From Acidobacteriota bacterium (lineage in GTDB: Bacteria > Acidobacteriota > UBA890 > WLXD01), in NCBI GenBank assembly GCA_963666055.2, contig CAXWPH010000012.1, forward strand, positions 288,001 through 352,000: DNA of 64,000 nucleotides. Direction: 5' to 3'. The notes below the pieces were generated by a model. It did no database searches, was not told the DNA's origin, and saw only the letters and a program-made list of their open reading frames with translations. Below are positions 50,552-60,117 of this stretch, piece after piece. Both the position numbers and the translations under genes were made by a program. Position 1 is the stretch's first letter. The number at the start of each line of letters is the position of its first letter.

Positions 50552-52048
50552 ATGGGCAATGTCCTCGCGCTCGACCAGGGAACCACCAGCAGCCGTGCGA
50601 TAGTTTTCAACGCCGACGGCCTCACGCTCGGCCAGGCGCAGCAGGAGTTCGAACAGATCTTCCCGCGCCCGGGTTGGGTAGAACACGACCCGTCCGAGAT
50701 ATGGCAAACGCAGCTCGCGGTGGCGCGAGATGCCCTCGCAGCCGCCGGACTAGCGGCGCACGAGGTCGCCGCGATCGGCATCACCAACCAGCGCGAGACC
50801 ACCGTGCTGTGGGACCGTGATACCGGTGAGCCGATCCACAACGCCATTGTCTGGCAGGATCGGCGCACAGCGGAGCGTTGCGACGAGCTTCGATCCGGGT
50901 CGACGGCTACGTTGTTCCGAGAGTGCACGGGGCTGCAGATTGACCCGTACTTCTCCGGTACGAAGGTGGCATGGCTGCTCGATCACGTTGACGGGGCGCG
51001 CCAACGCGCCGAGGCGGGCGAATTGGCGTTCGGCACGGTCGACTCTTGGTTGCTCTGGAACCTGACCGGGGGCCGCGTCCACGCCACCGACGCCAGCAAT
51101 GCCTCGCGCACACTCCTCTTCGACATTCACACGCAGACCTGGCACCCCGAGCTGCTGGCTGCCCTCGACGTGCCCGCCGCGGTACTCCCCACCGTACGCG
51201 ACTCGAGCGAAGTGTACGGCGAAACCGATCCTGGTTTGCTCGGTGGCGCCATTCCGGTGGCCGGCATCGCCGGCGATCAGCAGGCGGCGCTGTTCGGCCA
51301 GATGTGCGTGCAACCCGGCATGTCCAAGAACACCTACGGTACCGGCTGCTTCCTGCTCATGAACACCGGCCCCGAGCCGGTGGCGTCCGACAACGGCCTG
51401 CTCACGACCGTCGCGTGGCGGCTGGGCGGACAGACGACATACGCACTCGAAGGCTCGGTGTTCATCGGCGGAGCGGCGGTGCAATGGCTGCGCGATGGCC
51501 TCGGAATCATCGACTCCGCGTCGGACGTAGAGACGCTGGCAGCGCAAGTGGACGACAGCGGTGATATCTACTGCGTCCCGGCGTTCGCCGGCCTCGGGGC
51601 GCCGCACTGGGATGCCTATGCGCGCGGCGCCGTGCTCGGGATCACCCGCGGCACCAGTGCGGCCCACCTGGCTCGAGCCACCCTCGAAGGAATAGCCCAC
51701 CAGGTCGCCGACGTGCTCGAGGCGATGGTGGCCGACTCCGGGGTGCAGATTCCGGAGCTGCGCGTCGACGGCGGCGCGGCAGCCAACGATCTACTCCTCC
51801 AGATCCAGGCAAACCTCATCGGTGCCCGGGTCGTGCGACCCACGCAGCTCGAATCGACGGCGCTCGGTGCTGCCTACCTAGCGGGGCTAGCGACCGGTGT
51901 ATGGGACAACACCGACGAGCTCGCTCGCCGATGGGGCATCGAATCCCTGTTCGAGCCGCAACTAGCAGATGAGGAGGTGGCCTCGATGCGTTCAGGCTGG
52001 AGCAAAGCGGTGCAACGGTGCCGTGGCTGGGCCCGCGAAGGGCCGTGA
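50552..52048 (+). CDS. glpK: Glycerol kinase
   Basis: [33 protein letters not shown]. Confidence 0.96.
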   Translation: MGNVLALDQGTTSSRAIVFNADGLTLGQAQQEFEQIFPRPGWVEHDPSEIWQTQLAVARDALAAAGLAAHEVAAIGITNQRETTVLWDRDTGEPIHNAIVWQDRRTAERCDELRSGSTATLFRECTGLQIDPYFSGTKVAWLLDHVDGARQRAEAGELAFGTVDSWLLWNLTGGRVHATDASNASRTLLFDIHTQTWHPELLAALDVPAAVLPTVRDSSEVYGETDPGLLGGAIPVAGIAGDQQAALFGQMCVQPGMSKNTYGTGCFLLMNTGPEPVASDNGLLTTVAWRLGGQTTYALEGSVFIGGAAVQWLRDGLGIIDSASDVETLAAQVDDSGDIYCVPAFAGLGAPHWDAYARGAVLGITRGTSAAHLARATLEGIAHQVADVLEAMVADSGVQIPELRVDGGAAANDLLLQIQANLIGARVVRPTQLESTALGAAYLAGLATGVWDNTDELARRWGIESLFEPQLADEEVASMRSGWSKAVQRCRGWAREGP

Positions 52049-53605
52049 ACCGCGACACGATGCTGCGCCGGCTCGACGAGCCGGGGCGCTGGGACATCGT
52101 CGTTGTGGGAGGCGGAGCCACCGGCCTGGGATGCGCTGTAGACGCTGCAGCGCGCGGCTACCGAACGCTGCTGGTGGAACGCGCCGATTTCGCCTCGGGC
52201 ACCTCGAGCCGCAGTACTAAGCTCGCCCACGGCGGCGTGCGCTATCTGCAGCGCGGCGACGTGACGCTGGTTACCGAGGCGCTCCATGAGCGCGGATTGC
52301 TGCGACGCAACGCACCGCACCTGGTGCACGACCTGCAGTTCGTGGTGCCCACTTACGACTGGTGGGAAGCGCCGTTCTACGGCATCGGCTTGAAGGTCTA
52401 CGACCTGCTGGCGGGCAAGCTCGGCTTCGGCACATCGAGGATCCTGTCCAGGGAGCAGACCATCGAGCGCATCCCGACGATCGAGACCGAGGGGCTACGC
52501 GGCGGTGTCTTGTACTTCGACGGCCAGTTCGACGACGCCAGGCTGGCCATCAACCTGGCGCAGACGGCCGCCAAGCAGGGCGCCGCGCTGCTCAACTACG
52601 CCGCCGTCACCGAGTTGCTGCACCGGGACGGCTTGATCGATGGGGTGGTGGTCGAGGACCTCGAGAGCGCCGGCCGGCGCGAGATCCGCGCCCGCTCGGT
52701 GGTCAACGCCACTGGGGTCTTCGCTGACTCGATCCGCCGCCTCGACGACGCCGCGATAAAGCCGATCATCCGCGCCAGCCAGGGCATACACATCGTGCTC
52801 GATCGCGACTTCCTGCCGGGCGACAGCGCCATCATGGTTCCCCACACCGACGACGGACGGGTGTTGTTCGCCATCCCCTGGCACGGGCGGGTGCTGGTGG
52901 GCACTACCGATACGCCGGTCGAATCGATCGAGTCCGAGCCCCGGCGGTTTTCCCAACGAGGTCGATTTCCTGTTGCGTCATTGCGCCCGTTACTTGACGC
53001 GTGATCCGCAGGCGAGCGACGTGCTCAGTGTCTTCGCTGGCCTACGGCCGCTCGTCCACTCGGGAGACGGTAAGTCGACCGCCGAGATCTCACGCGACCA
53101 TACCGTCAGCGTCTCGCGCTCGGGGCTGGTAACCATTGCTGGCGGCAAATGGACCACCTATCGAAAAATGGCCCAGGACACCATCGACCAGGCCGCCGTA
53201 GTCGGCGGCCTTCCCACGCGCCCCTGCGTTACCAGCGAGATCAACGCGCACGGCTACCGTGCACACGCCGAGCGCTTCGGGAGGCTGGCGCCCTATGGCT
53301 CCGACGCACCGGCGATCGAGCAGCTGGCGGCATCCGATCCCGACTGCGCAGCGCTCCTTCATCCGAGCTTCGAGCACCGTGCCTGTGAGGTCATCTGGGC
53401 AGTGCGCGAGGAAATGGCCCGCACCGTCCACGACGTGCTGGCGCGCCGCACGCGCATGCTGTTGCTGGATGCGCGTGCCAGCATCGAGGCGGCCCCGACG
53501 GTCGCAGCTATTCTGGCGCGCGAGTTGTGCCGCGACGAGCGCTGGGCGCAAGACCAGGTGCTCGAATACGAACACCGGGCGCGCGGCTATCTGGTATCAG
53601 GCTAG
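52045..53605 (+). pseudogene. glpD: FAD-dependent glycerol-3-phosphate dehydrogenase, +1 frameshift at ~52950
   Basis: GGGATG, GTSSRSTKL.HGGVRYL, DGQFDD; C-half (FAGLRPL, GGKWTTYR, DVLARRTR) in another frame. Confidence 0.85.
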
Positions 53606-53787
53606 AGAAGCATCAGCCGGCACTGAACGTGCTGAGCACCAGCGCGGCACCGATCACCACCGCGACACGCCGCAAAACAGCGTCCCGTAGGGCCAGGGCC
53701 AGGGCCAGCAAGTGTAGACAATACGGGTCTCTCCCCTGCCAGCCTGCCGCTCGTCGATCATTCGTCGATCCATCTCGCAGCCTTCTT

Positions 53788-53802
53788 CTACTACGGTTGT
53801 AG
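53788..53802. promoter_or_regulatory. Putative BlaI/CopY-family box
   Basis: CTAC-N7-GTAG, the same geometry as the boxes upstream of the repressor gene. Confidence 0.45.
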
Positions 53803-53824
53803 GATTTAGGTTCAACAAAAAAAC

Positions 53825-54811
53825 TCACACCGAGAAAACGAGCACCCAGAGCACGGTCCACAAAAGCGCGAACGCTATGTACTGTGCGCCGAGATTCTCG
53901 GCCGGCCCGCGTCCGCTCACCAGCCGCTCGATGCGCTCCGACAGCATCGGCCGAACTCCCAGCAGCTGCGGCACGTGCTGTAGGCGGGCGGTCAATAGGC
54001 CGGTCGACTCGGTGGCGTAGCGGTAGCACTCGAGCAGTGTGGCGGCGTACCGGTCGGCGCTTCCGGTGGCGGCGACGGCTATGTCATCGCAGGCGCTCTC
54101 CTCTTCCCGATGCAGCTGGGCCGCCATCAGACCGGCCATCGGGTTCACCAGTGTCAGCGCCCGCGCCGCCCCGGCGGAGAAACAGCTCAACGGCGCGCGC
54201 AGGTAGACATGGGCGAGCTCGTGCGCGAGCACCGCATCCAGCTCGGTCTCTTGCAGCCGGTTGATCAAGCCGCGCGGGAACACAATGGTCGGCTGGTCTC
54301 CGAACACGACGGCGGGCGAGCGCAGGTCGGCGTCGGTCACCATCAAGCGGGGAGCGGGAAGCTCAGGTACCCAGTCACAATCCCCGAGCCGGTGAGCGCC
54401 GCGTTCTTTGAAGGCGCGCAGCACGCGGCCATAGGCCTCGGCCAGCGGCGGCGAGAGCTGATCCGCCGAGGTAGCACCGGCCAGCAGAATGCGCTCTGAG
54501 CGGCGCACCGCAAAGCGGCGTGTGATCAACGCCAGCCCGGTGAGCACCACCAGGATCGGGGCGACGGTCTGCGGCGGCAAGGCGCCGGCGCGCCAGCCCT
54601 CGAACACGTCACGCGGCCAACGCAAAACGAGCGTCATGCCGACCAAGACCAGGGTCGACTTGATCAGCGGCGCCATGTACAGGCACAAGCGCAGCTTGCC
54701 GTGCCGAATCCGCAACAACTGCACACCCGCGTGCACCAGCGTCCAGACGAAGGCCCCGGCTACCATCGCTGGCAACAGGTTGTAGAACAGGAAGCGGGTG
54801 ACCGGGCTCAT
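53825..54811 (-). CDS. M56/BlaR1-like membrane metallopeptidase (no C-terminal sensor domain)
   Basis: TMs, AHELAH, E.ACD, ERI; coupled to BlaI-family gene. Confidence 0.85.
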   Translation of the reverse strand: MSPVTRFLFYNLLPAMVAGAFVWTLVHAGVQLLRIRHGKLRLCLYMAPLIKSTLVLVGMTLVLRWPRDVFEGWRAGALPPQTVAPILVVLTGLALITRRFAVRRSERILLAGATSADQLSPPLAEAYGRVLRAFKERGAHRLGDCDWVPELPAPRLMVTDADLRSPAVVFGDQPTIVFPRGLINRLQETELDAVLAHELAHVYLRAPLSCFSAGAARALTLVNPMAGLMAAQLHREEESACDDIAVAATGSADRYAATLLECYRYATESTGLLTARLQHVPQLLGVRPMLSERIERLVSGRGPAENLGAQYIAFALLWTVLWVLVFSV

Positions 54812-55209
54812 CGATCGCCACCGCCCCGCTTGCGGCGGATCAACTCCTCGAGCCTGGCAAGCTCCTGATCATCGACGGCGGGCTCCGCCTCGATCAGGTA
54901 GGCGATGGCGTGAGCCGGCGAGCCCCCGTAGAGACGGCCGACCAGGGAGCTCAACAGCCTGCCTGCTACCTCGTCCTGTGCCACCGCTGGTCGATAAACG
55001 TAGGAGCGGCCCTCCTTTTGACGCCGCAGCAGACCCTTGTTTGCCAACCGCGACATCACCGTCATCACGGTCGTGTAGGCCAGCGATCGCTCCGGCTCGA
55101 GCGCCTGGCGAGCTTCGGCCACGGTGGCCTGACCGCGTTCCCAGACAACCCGCATCACCGCAGATTCGAGATCGCCTAGGCCACCCGGCTTGCTCTTGAA
55201 GTTCGCCAT
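54808..55209 (-). CDS. BlaI/MecI/CopY family repressor
   Basis: LGDLESAVMRVVW, LAYTTVMTVMSRL..KG. Confidence 0.92.
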   Translation of the reverse strand: MANFKSKPGGLGDLESAVMRVVWERGQATVAEARQALEPERSLAYTTVMTVMSRLANKGLLRRQKEGRSYVYRPAVAQDEVAGRLLSSLVGRLYGGSPAHAIAYLIEAEPAVDDQELARLEELIRRKRGGGDR

Positions 55210-55221
55210 CGCAGTGATTTT

Positions 55222-55258
55222 ACTACGTTCGTCGTAGTTCATCTACGACCGTCGTGGT
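55222..55258. promoter_or_regulatory. Two BlaI-type operator palindromes upstream of the repressor
   Basis: ACTACG-N5-CGTAGT and TCTACG-N5-CGTGGT. Confidence 0.6.
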
Positions 55259-55351
55259 GACTTTGCCTTGGCGCCTTCTCTGGCGAGCGCCCAGAACCTT
55301 GGCTCGCCCAGACGAAACCCGCCGCGGTTCCGGCCGTATAGCCACCATGAG

Positions 55352-55630
55352 CTAGCAGGCCGTGCTGAAAGTGTGGTGGGTCTGGCGACAGGGTCTTGCG
55401 AAGTGCAGGCAAGGAGAGAGGAGGAGGCGATGGTTACCCCATCGTTGACGAGGAACGACGCAGCTTACGCGCGCAACCCCCTGTCGCCCAAAGGGTTACG
55501 GCGATTTGGGGCCATTTGCGGCGTTGGCCTTCCTCGACGATGGCTAGGGCATCGCCTGTGTCAGGCCGCCTGGCATCTGGCCCCAACTCGCCGTAACCAG
55601 ACCCACCACACTTTCAGCACGGCCTGCTAA
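55352..55630. mobile_element. MITE family A, complete 279-bp copy (opposite orientation to 9273-9551)
   Basis: TIRs CTAGCAGGCCGTGCTGAAAGTGTGGTGGGTCTGG ... CCAGACCCACCACACTTTCAGCACGGCCTGCTAA; collinear with the 9273-9551 copy. Confidence 0.88.
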
Positions 55631-55652
55631 CTCCATCGGCGCGGAGGCCTCC

Positions 55653-58127
55653 TTGGACGCACTACTGCAGGATATTAGGTTCGCGGTTCGACAACTCTGG
55701 AAGGACAAGGGGTTTCTGTTCACCGCCGGCCTCACCCTAGCGCTGTGCATCGGCGCCAACACGACGATCTTCAGCGTCGTCAACTCAGTTGTCTTGCAGC
55801 CGCTCGACGTGCCGGAGCCGGAGCGCCTGGTTACCATGTGGAACGCCTATCCCGGCGCCATGGCGAGCAGCGGAACGAGCCGACTTCGCGGCTCGAATAG
55901 CGCCCCCGACTTCTACGATCGCAGCGCGCTGGACGCATTCGAGTCGGTCGCGGCCTACCGGTACCAAGGTCGAAGCATCGAGATAGAGGGCACTCAGCAG
56001 CGCATCACAGCGCAGCAAGCAACGCCGTCGTTCTTCGGCGTGCTGGGCGCCGAAGCGGCACCGGGGCGAACCTTCACCGCAGCCGAGGGAGAAGACGGGC
56101 GAAACAGCGTCGTCGTGCTCAGCCACGGACTGTGGGAACAGCTATACGCCGGCGATCCGTCGGTTGTCGGATCCGAGATGCGCATCGACGCCACGCCGTT
56201 CACCATCGTCGGCATCATGCCGCGGGGATTCGCGTTCCTCGATCCGGATGTGCGCCTATGGACCGCTCTCGCGTTCACGCCCGAACGACGGCAGCAATAT
56301 CACGCCAACAACCTGACGATGTTCGCTCGCCTTCGTGCCGGCACGTCAATCGAGCAGGCGCAGCAGCAGGTCGACGCCCTCAACGCCGCCAACCTCGAGA
56401 AGATGCCGGCGCTCAAGCCATTGCTGCTGGACGCAGGCTTCCACACGCCGCTTTACGGGCTCCAGGAAGATCTGACCCACGACGTGCGCAGCGTGCTCTT
56501 CATGCTCTGGGGCGGCGTCGCCTTGGTGCTGCTGATCGGCTGCGTGAACGTCGCCAACCTGGTGCTGGTGCGCTCGACGGCCCGCTCCAAGGAGCTGGCG
56601 ACGCGCTTGGCGCTCGGCGCCCGGTATCGTCGCGTCGTTCAGCAGCTGCTGACCGAGATCGCCGTGCTGAGCATCGCCGGCGGCACGGCGGGACTACTGC
56701 TCGGACAGGCTGGCCTACGAGCGCTCGGCGCCATGGGGATCGACCAGCTGCCGCGCGCCGGCGAGATCGAGCTCGACGCCACGGCAGTCTTGTTCACGGT
56801 GACGTTGTCACTCGCGGTAGGAGTACTGGTAGCGCTCATCCCGCTCGCCGGACTGGCGCGGCTAGACCTGAGCGCCGTATTCCGGCAGGAGGGCCGTTCC
56901 GGCACCGCGTCGCGAGGACTTCGTCACCTGCGCCGGGGAATGGTGGTGGCGCAGGTGGCCTTCGCGCTCATGCTGCTGGTCGCCGCAGGCTTGCTCATGG
57001 CCAGCTTCCGCCAGCTGCTGAACGTCGATACCGGATTCGATCCGCAGGGGGTGCTGACCGGAGCTGTCTCGCTCACGCCTACCGACTATCCGGAGGACTC
57101 CGATCTGCGCGCCTTCGCCGTGGAGGCTTTGCCGGCGATCGCCAGTCTCCCCGGAGTAGAATCCGTCGGCTTCACAACCCAGATTCCGTTCGGCGGCGGC
57201 GGCAGCGACAGCGTTATCTTCGCCGAGGGCCACGTCATGGAGCCCGGAGAGTCGGCGGTCTCCCCGCAACAGAACGTGGTGACACCTGACTACTTCGCCA
57301 CGCTCGGTATCCGCGTGACGCAGGGCCGCAGCTTTGATTCACGCGACACGGCCGACGGTCTCCAGACGATCATCATCGATGAGCACCTCGCGGCGCGCTT
57401 CTGGGGCCCGGGGGAGGCGCTGGGGAAGCGCATGTGGCTACCGGGTAGCGCCGAAGACATCATGAACACCGAGAATGCGGAGTTCTTCGAGATCGTAGGG
57501 ATCGTCGAACCGGTGCAGATGGGTCGGCTCGAGCTCGGCTTCAGCGAGACCGGCGCCTATTACTTCCCCTACGAGCAGGACCCCAGAAGCGGAGTCGATA
57601 TCGCGATCCGCACCAGCGGCGACCCACGGTTGCTCACCGACACCGTGCGCCGCGTCATCGCCACCATCGACCCCGGCCTGCCGCTGTTCGACATCCGGAC
57701 ACTTCAGGAACGCCTCGATGCCTCGATGACCAACCGGCGCACCCCAATGCTGCTAGCCGCTGGCTTCAGCGGCGTCGCTCTGATGCTCGCCGCCGTGGGG
57801 ATCTATGGCGTCCTCGCCTATCTGGTTCAGCTTCGCACCAAGGAGTTTGGCATTCGGTCTGCCCTGGGAGGCGACGCGCGGTCAATCTTCGCCCTGGTGC
57901 TGCGGGAAGGCACCGCCATCCTGGGCCTCGGATTGGCGCTCGGAATGGGCGGCGCGCTGGCCCTACGTCGAGTCATCGAGAGCCAGCTGTTCGGCGTCTC
58001 GGCGATGGAGCCCGCGGTTGTCCTCACGGTGAGCGGGGTTCTGGCGGTGGTGGCGCTGTTCGCCTGCCTCATACCCGCACGCCGCGCCACGCGCATCGAC
58101 CCGATGGCGGCTCTCGCCGAGGAGTAG
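55653..58127 (+). CDS. ADOP-type (MacB/FtsX duplicated) ABC permease
   Basis: QDIRFAVRQL, LALCIGANTTIFSVV, LLIGCVNVANL, GIYGVLAY.V..RTKEFGIR.ALG, IPARRA.RIDP. Confidence 0.92.
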   Translation: MDALLQDIRFAVRQLWKDKGFLFTAGLTLALCIGANTTIFSVVNSVVLQPLDVPEPERLVTMWNAYPGAMASSGTSRLRGSNSAPDFYDRSALDAFESVAAYRYQGRSIEIEGTQQRITAQQATPSFFGVLGAEAAPGRTFTAAEGEDGRNSVVVLSHGLWEQLYAGDPSVVGSEMRIDATPFTIVGIMPRGFAFLDPDVRLWTALAFTPERRQQYHANNLTMFARLRAGTSIEQAQQQVDALNAANLEKMPALKPLLLDAGFHTPLYGLQEDLTHDVRSVLFMLWGGVALVLLIGCVNVANLVLVRSTARSKELATRLALGARYRRVVQQLLTEIAVLSIAGGTAGLLLGQAGLRALGAMGIDQLPRAGEIELDATAVLFTVTLSLAVGVLVALIPLAGLARLDLSAVFRQEGRSGTASRGLRHLRRGMVVAQVAFALMLLVAAGLLMASFRQLLNVDTGFDPQGVLTGAVSLTPTDYPEDSDLRAFAVEALPAIASLPGVESVGFTTQIPFGGGGSDSVIFAEGHVMEPGESAVSPQQNVVTPDYFATLGIRVTQGRSFDSRDTADGLQTIIIDEHLAARFWGPGEALGKRMWLPGSAEDIMNTENAEFFEIVGIVEPVQMGRLELGFSETGAYYFPYEQDPRSGVDIAIRTSGDPRLLTDTVRRVIATIDPGLPLFDIRTLQERLDASMTNRRTPMLLAAGFSGVALMLAAVGIYGVLAYLVQLRTKEFGIRSALGGDARSIFALVLREGTAILGLGLALGMGGALALRRVIESQLFGVSAMEPAVVLTVSGVLAVVALFACLIPARRATRIDPMAALAEE

Positions 58128-58180
58128 CCGCCGAAGCCCACCGTCGCGTTGCCCGCGCCCGTCGACCTGGCGCACCGAGT

Positions 58181-60073
58181 CTACTGTTGCCGAATACTCA
58201 ACAGCTGGTTGGACGCGATCGGACCCTCGAGAACCTGTGTCGCGCCCCCCGGCCAGGTGACCGTCACCCGGTCGACCGAGGTTGCTTCGCCGAGCCCGAA
58301 ATAGAGAGCCGTCGAGCTTTGCGACAGGTATCCCGATTTGCCATCCTGGTAGCGGGTTCGCTGTCCCTCGGCGGTGTGCACCACGACCCAGGCGCCGAGC
58401 CCGTCGCGATTAGACGCCGTGCCCTCGAGCCTCACCTTGAGCCAGTGAATCCCCTGCCGCTCGGCCAGATCGCTGAAAAGCAACTGCGGCTCGCTGTTGA
58501 ACTCGCCGGTGACGATGTCGAGGTCGCCGTCGTTGTCGAGATCGACGATCGCCGAGGCGCGTGTGCCCACCGTTCCGAGCACGCCGATCCGACCGTCCTG
58601 GCCGGCACAGTGGGTGGCCACCAACTCCGTCTCCGGTCGATCGTCGGCCCCGCAGTCGACTTCGAACCATGGGACCCTGATTCGGCCTTCCCGGCGCGGC
58701 TCGATCCCGAGGACGAACTCGGCAGCAGCGAAGCCCCCGCCACGTTGGTTGAGGCGCAACGAGTTGATCTGGTAACGGAACGGATAGTTCATGCTCGAGG
58801 CGATGAAGACATCCTCCCAGCCGTCGGCGTTGATATCGCCCACGCTGGTCCCCCAAGGCCAGAAGTTCTCGAGTCCGATGGCGTCGGAAATCTCGGTGAA
58901 GCCGCCGGCGCCATCGTTGCGATAGAAGGCATTTCCCATCATGTGGATGAACGCCTCCTGATAGAAGTAGCGGAACCGCTGCTTGTCGGATTCCCCTTCC
59001 GGCCCGACCTCGTCGTTCATGTCCGAGTGCATATCGGTCAGGAACAGGTCGAGATCGCCGTCATTATCATGATCGAACGCCTTGATACCCATGGCTCCCC
59101 ATGGGGTACGGGCGAAGTTGGCGGCAGTCCTGTCGACGAACACGCCGGCGGTGTTCTCGTAGTAATGATCGCTACCCTGCATGTTCAAGATGTACAGGTC
59201 CGGATCATTGTCGGCGTCGAAATCGACCATGCTGGCGTCGCCGCTCCACGAGTCGTCGACGAGCCCGGCAGCGGCCGACACGTCGCGGAACGCGTTGTCG
59301 CCGAGGTTGCGATAGAGAATGCTGGTCTCGCTGCGCTCGGGAAACAGGTGCCCCTCAAAAGCATCTTCCAGCGCCGTGAAGAAGCCGTCGGCGCGCTCGT
59401 CGCTCGTATAGGTGCCGACGTTGGTTACCAGCAAGTCCAGCAGGCCATCGCCGTCGTAGTCCAGGAAGACCGCGCCAGAGGAATGGCCAACATGATCCAC
59501 GCCGGCGGCGGCAGAGATATCTCGGAAGCGTCCGCCGAGGTTCTCGAACAGCGCGTTGCCGCCCCGCACACTGGTGACGAACAGATCCGGGTCGCCGTCG
59601 TTGTCGATGTCGGCGAACGAGGCGCCGACGCTGACCACGTCCGCGCGCCCTACCCCGGCACGCTCGGTAATGTTCTCGAAGCGACCGGCACCGAGATTCC
59701 GCCACAGCCCGTTGGCGCCGATCTGGTTAACGAAGTACAGGTCGAGCAACCCGTCGCCGTCGACATCGGCTACCGCCAGCCCGGTTCCGTGATCGTAGTG
59801 CGCTGCCTTGTGGGTACGCGCGGCGTCGTCGACGACGCGGTTGCGAAACGTGATGCCGCTCTCCGGGAGTCGGTCGACGAACTGGAAGTCGTGGGCCACG
59901 CTGATGCTCTCGGCAGCAGCCAGCTGGGCGGCGCGGCGTGCTTGCAGTGTTTGCTCGCCGATATCCGGGTCGGGGAACTTGACGACGGTGGCTTGATGGC
60001 CGGGCAGCAGCAGGGCCAGCAGGCCAAGGGCACTGCGCAGCCCGGTCGGCGAGCACATGCCTGCTCGTGTCAC
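58181..60073 (-). CDS. CRTAC1-family protein (FG-GAP/VCBS repeats plus ASPIC/UnbV domain)
   Basis: Repeated D.D.DG..DL motifs; GYLSQSS..LYFGLG C-terminal domain. Confidence 0.9.
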   Translation of the reverse strand: MTRAGMCSPTGLRSALGLLALLLPGHQATVVKFPDPDIGEQTLQARRAAQLAAAESISVAHDFQFVDRLPESGITFRNRVVDDAARTHKAAHYDHGTGLAVADVDGDGLLDLYFVNQIGANGLWRNLGAGRFENITERAGVGRADVVSVGASFADIDNDGDPDLFVTSVRGGNALFENLGGRFRDISAAAGVDHVGHSSGAVFLDYDGDGLLDLLVTNVGTYTSDERADGFFTALEDAFEGHLFPERSETSILYRNLGDNAFRDVSAAAGLVDDSWSGDASMVDFDADNDPDLYILNMQGSDHYYENTAGVFVDRTAANFARTPWGAMGIKAFDHDNDGDLDLFLTDMHSDMNDEVGPEGESDKQRFRYFYQEAFIHMMGNAFYRNDGAGGFTEISDAIGLENFWPWGTSVGDINADGWEDVFIASSMNYPFRYQINSLRLNQRGGGFAAAEFVLGIEPRREGRIRVPWFEVDCGADDRPETELVATHCAGQDGRIGVLGTVGTRASAIVDLDNDGDLDIVTGEFNSEPQLLFSDLAERQGIHWLKVRLEGTASNRDGLGAWVVVHTAEGQRTRYQDGKSGYLSQSSTALYFGLGEATSVDRVTVTWPGGATQVLEGPIASNQLLSIRQQ

Positions 60074-60117
60074 TTTGATCTCATGTCGTCGGTCATCGAC
60101 TCGTCCGCCTCGACGGG

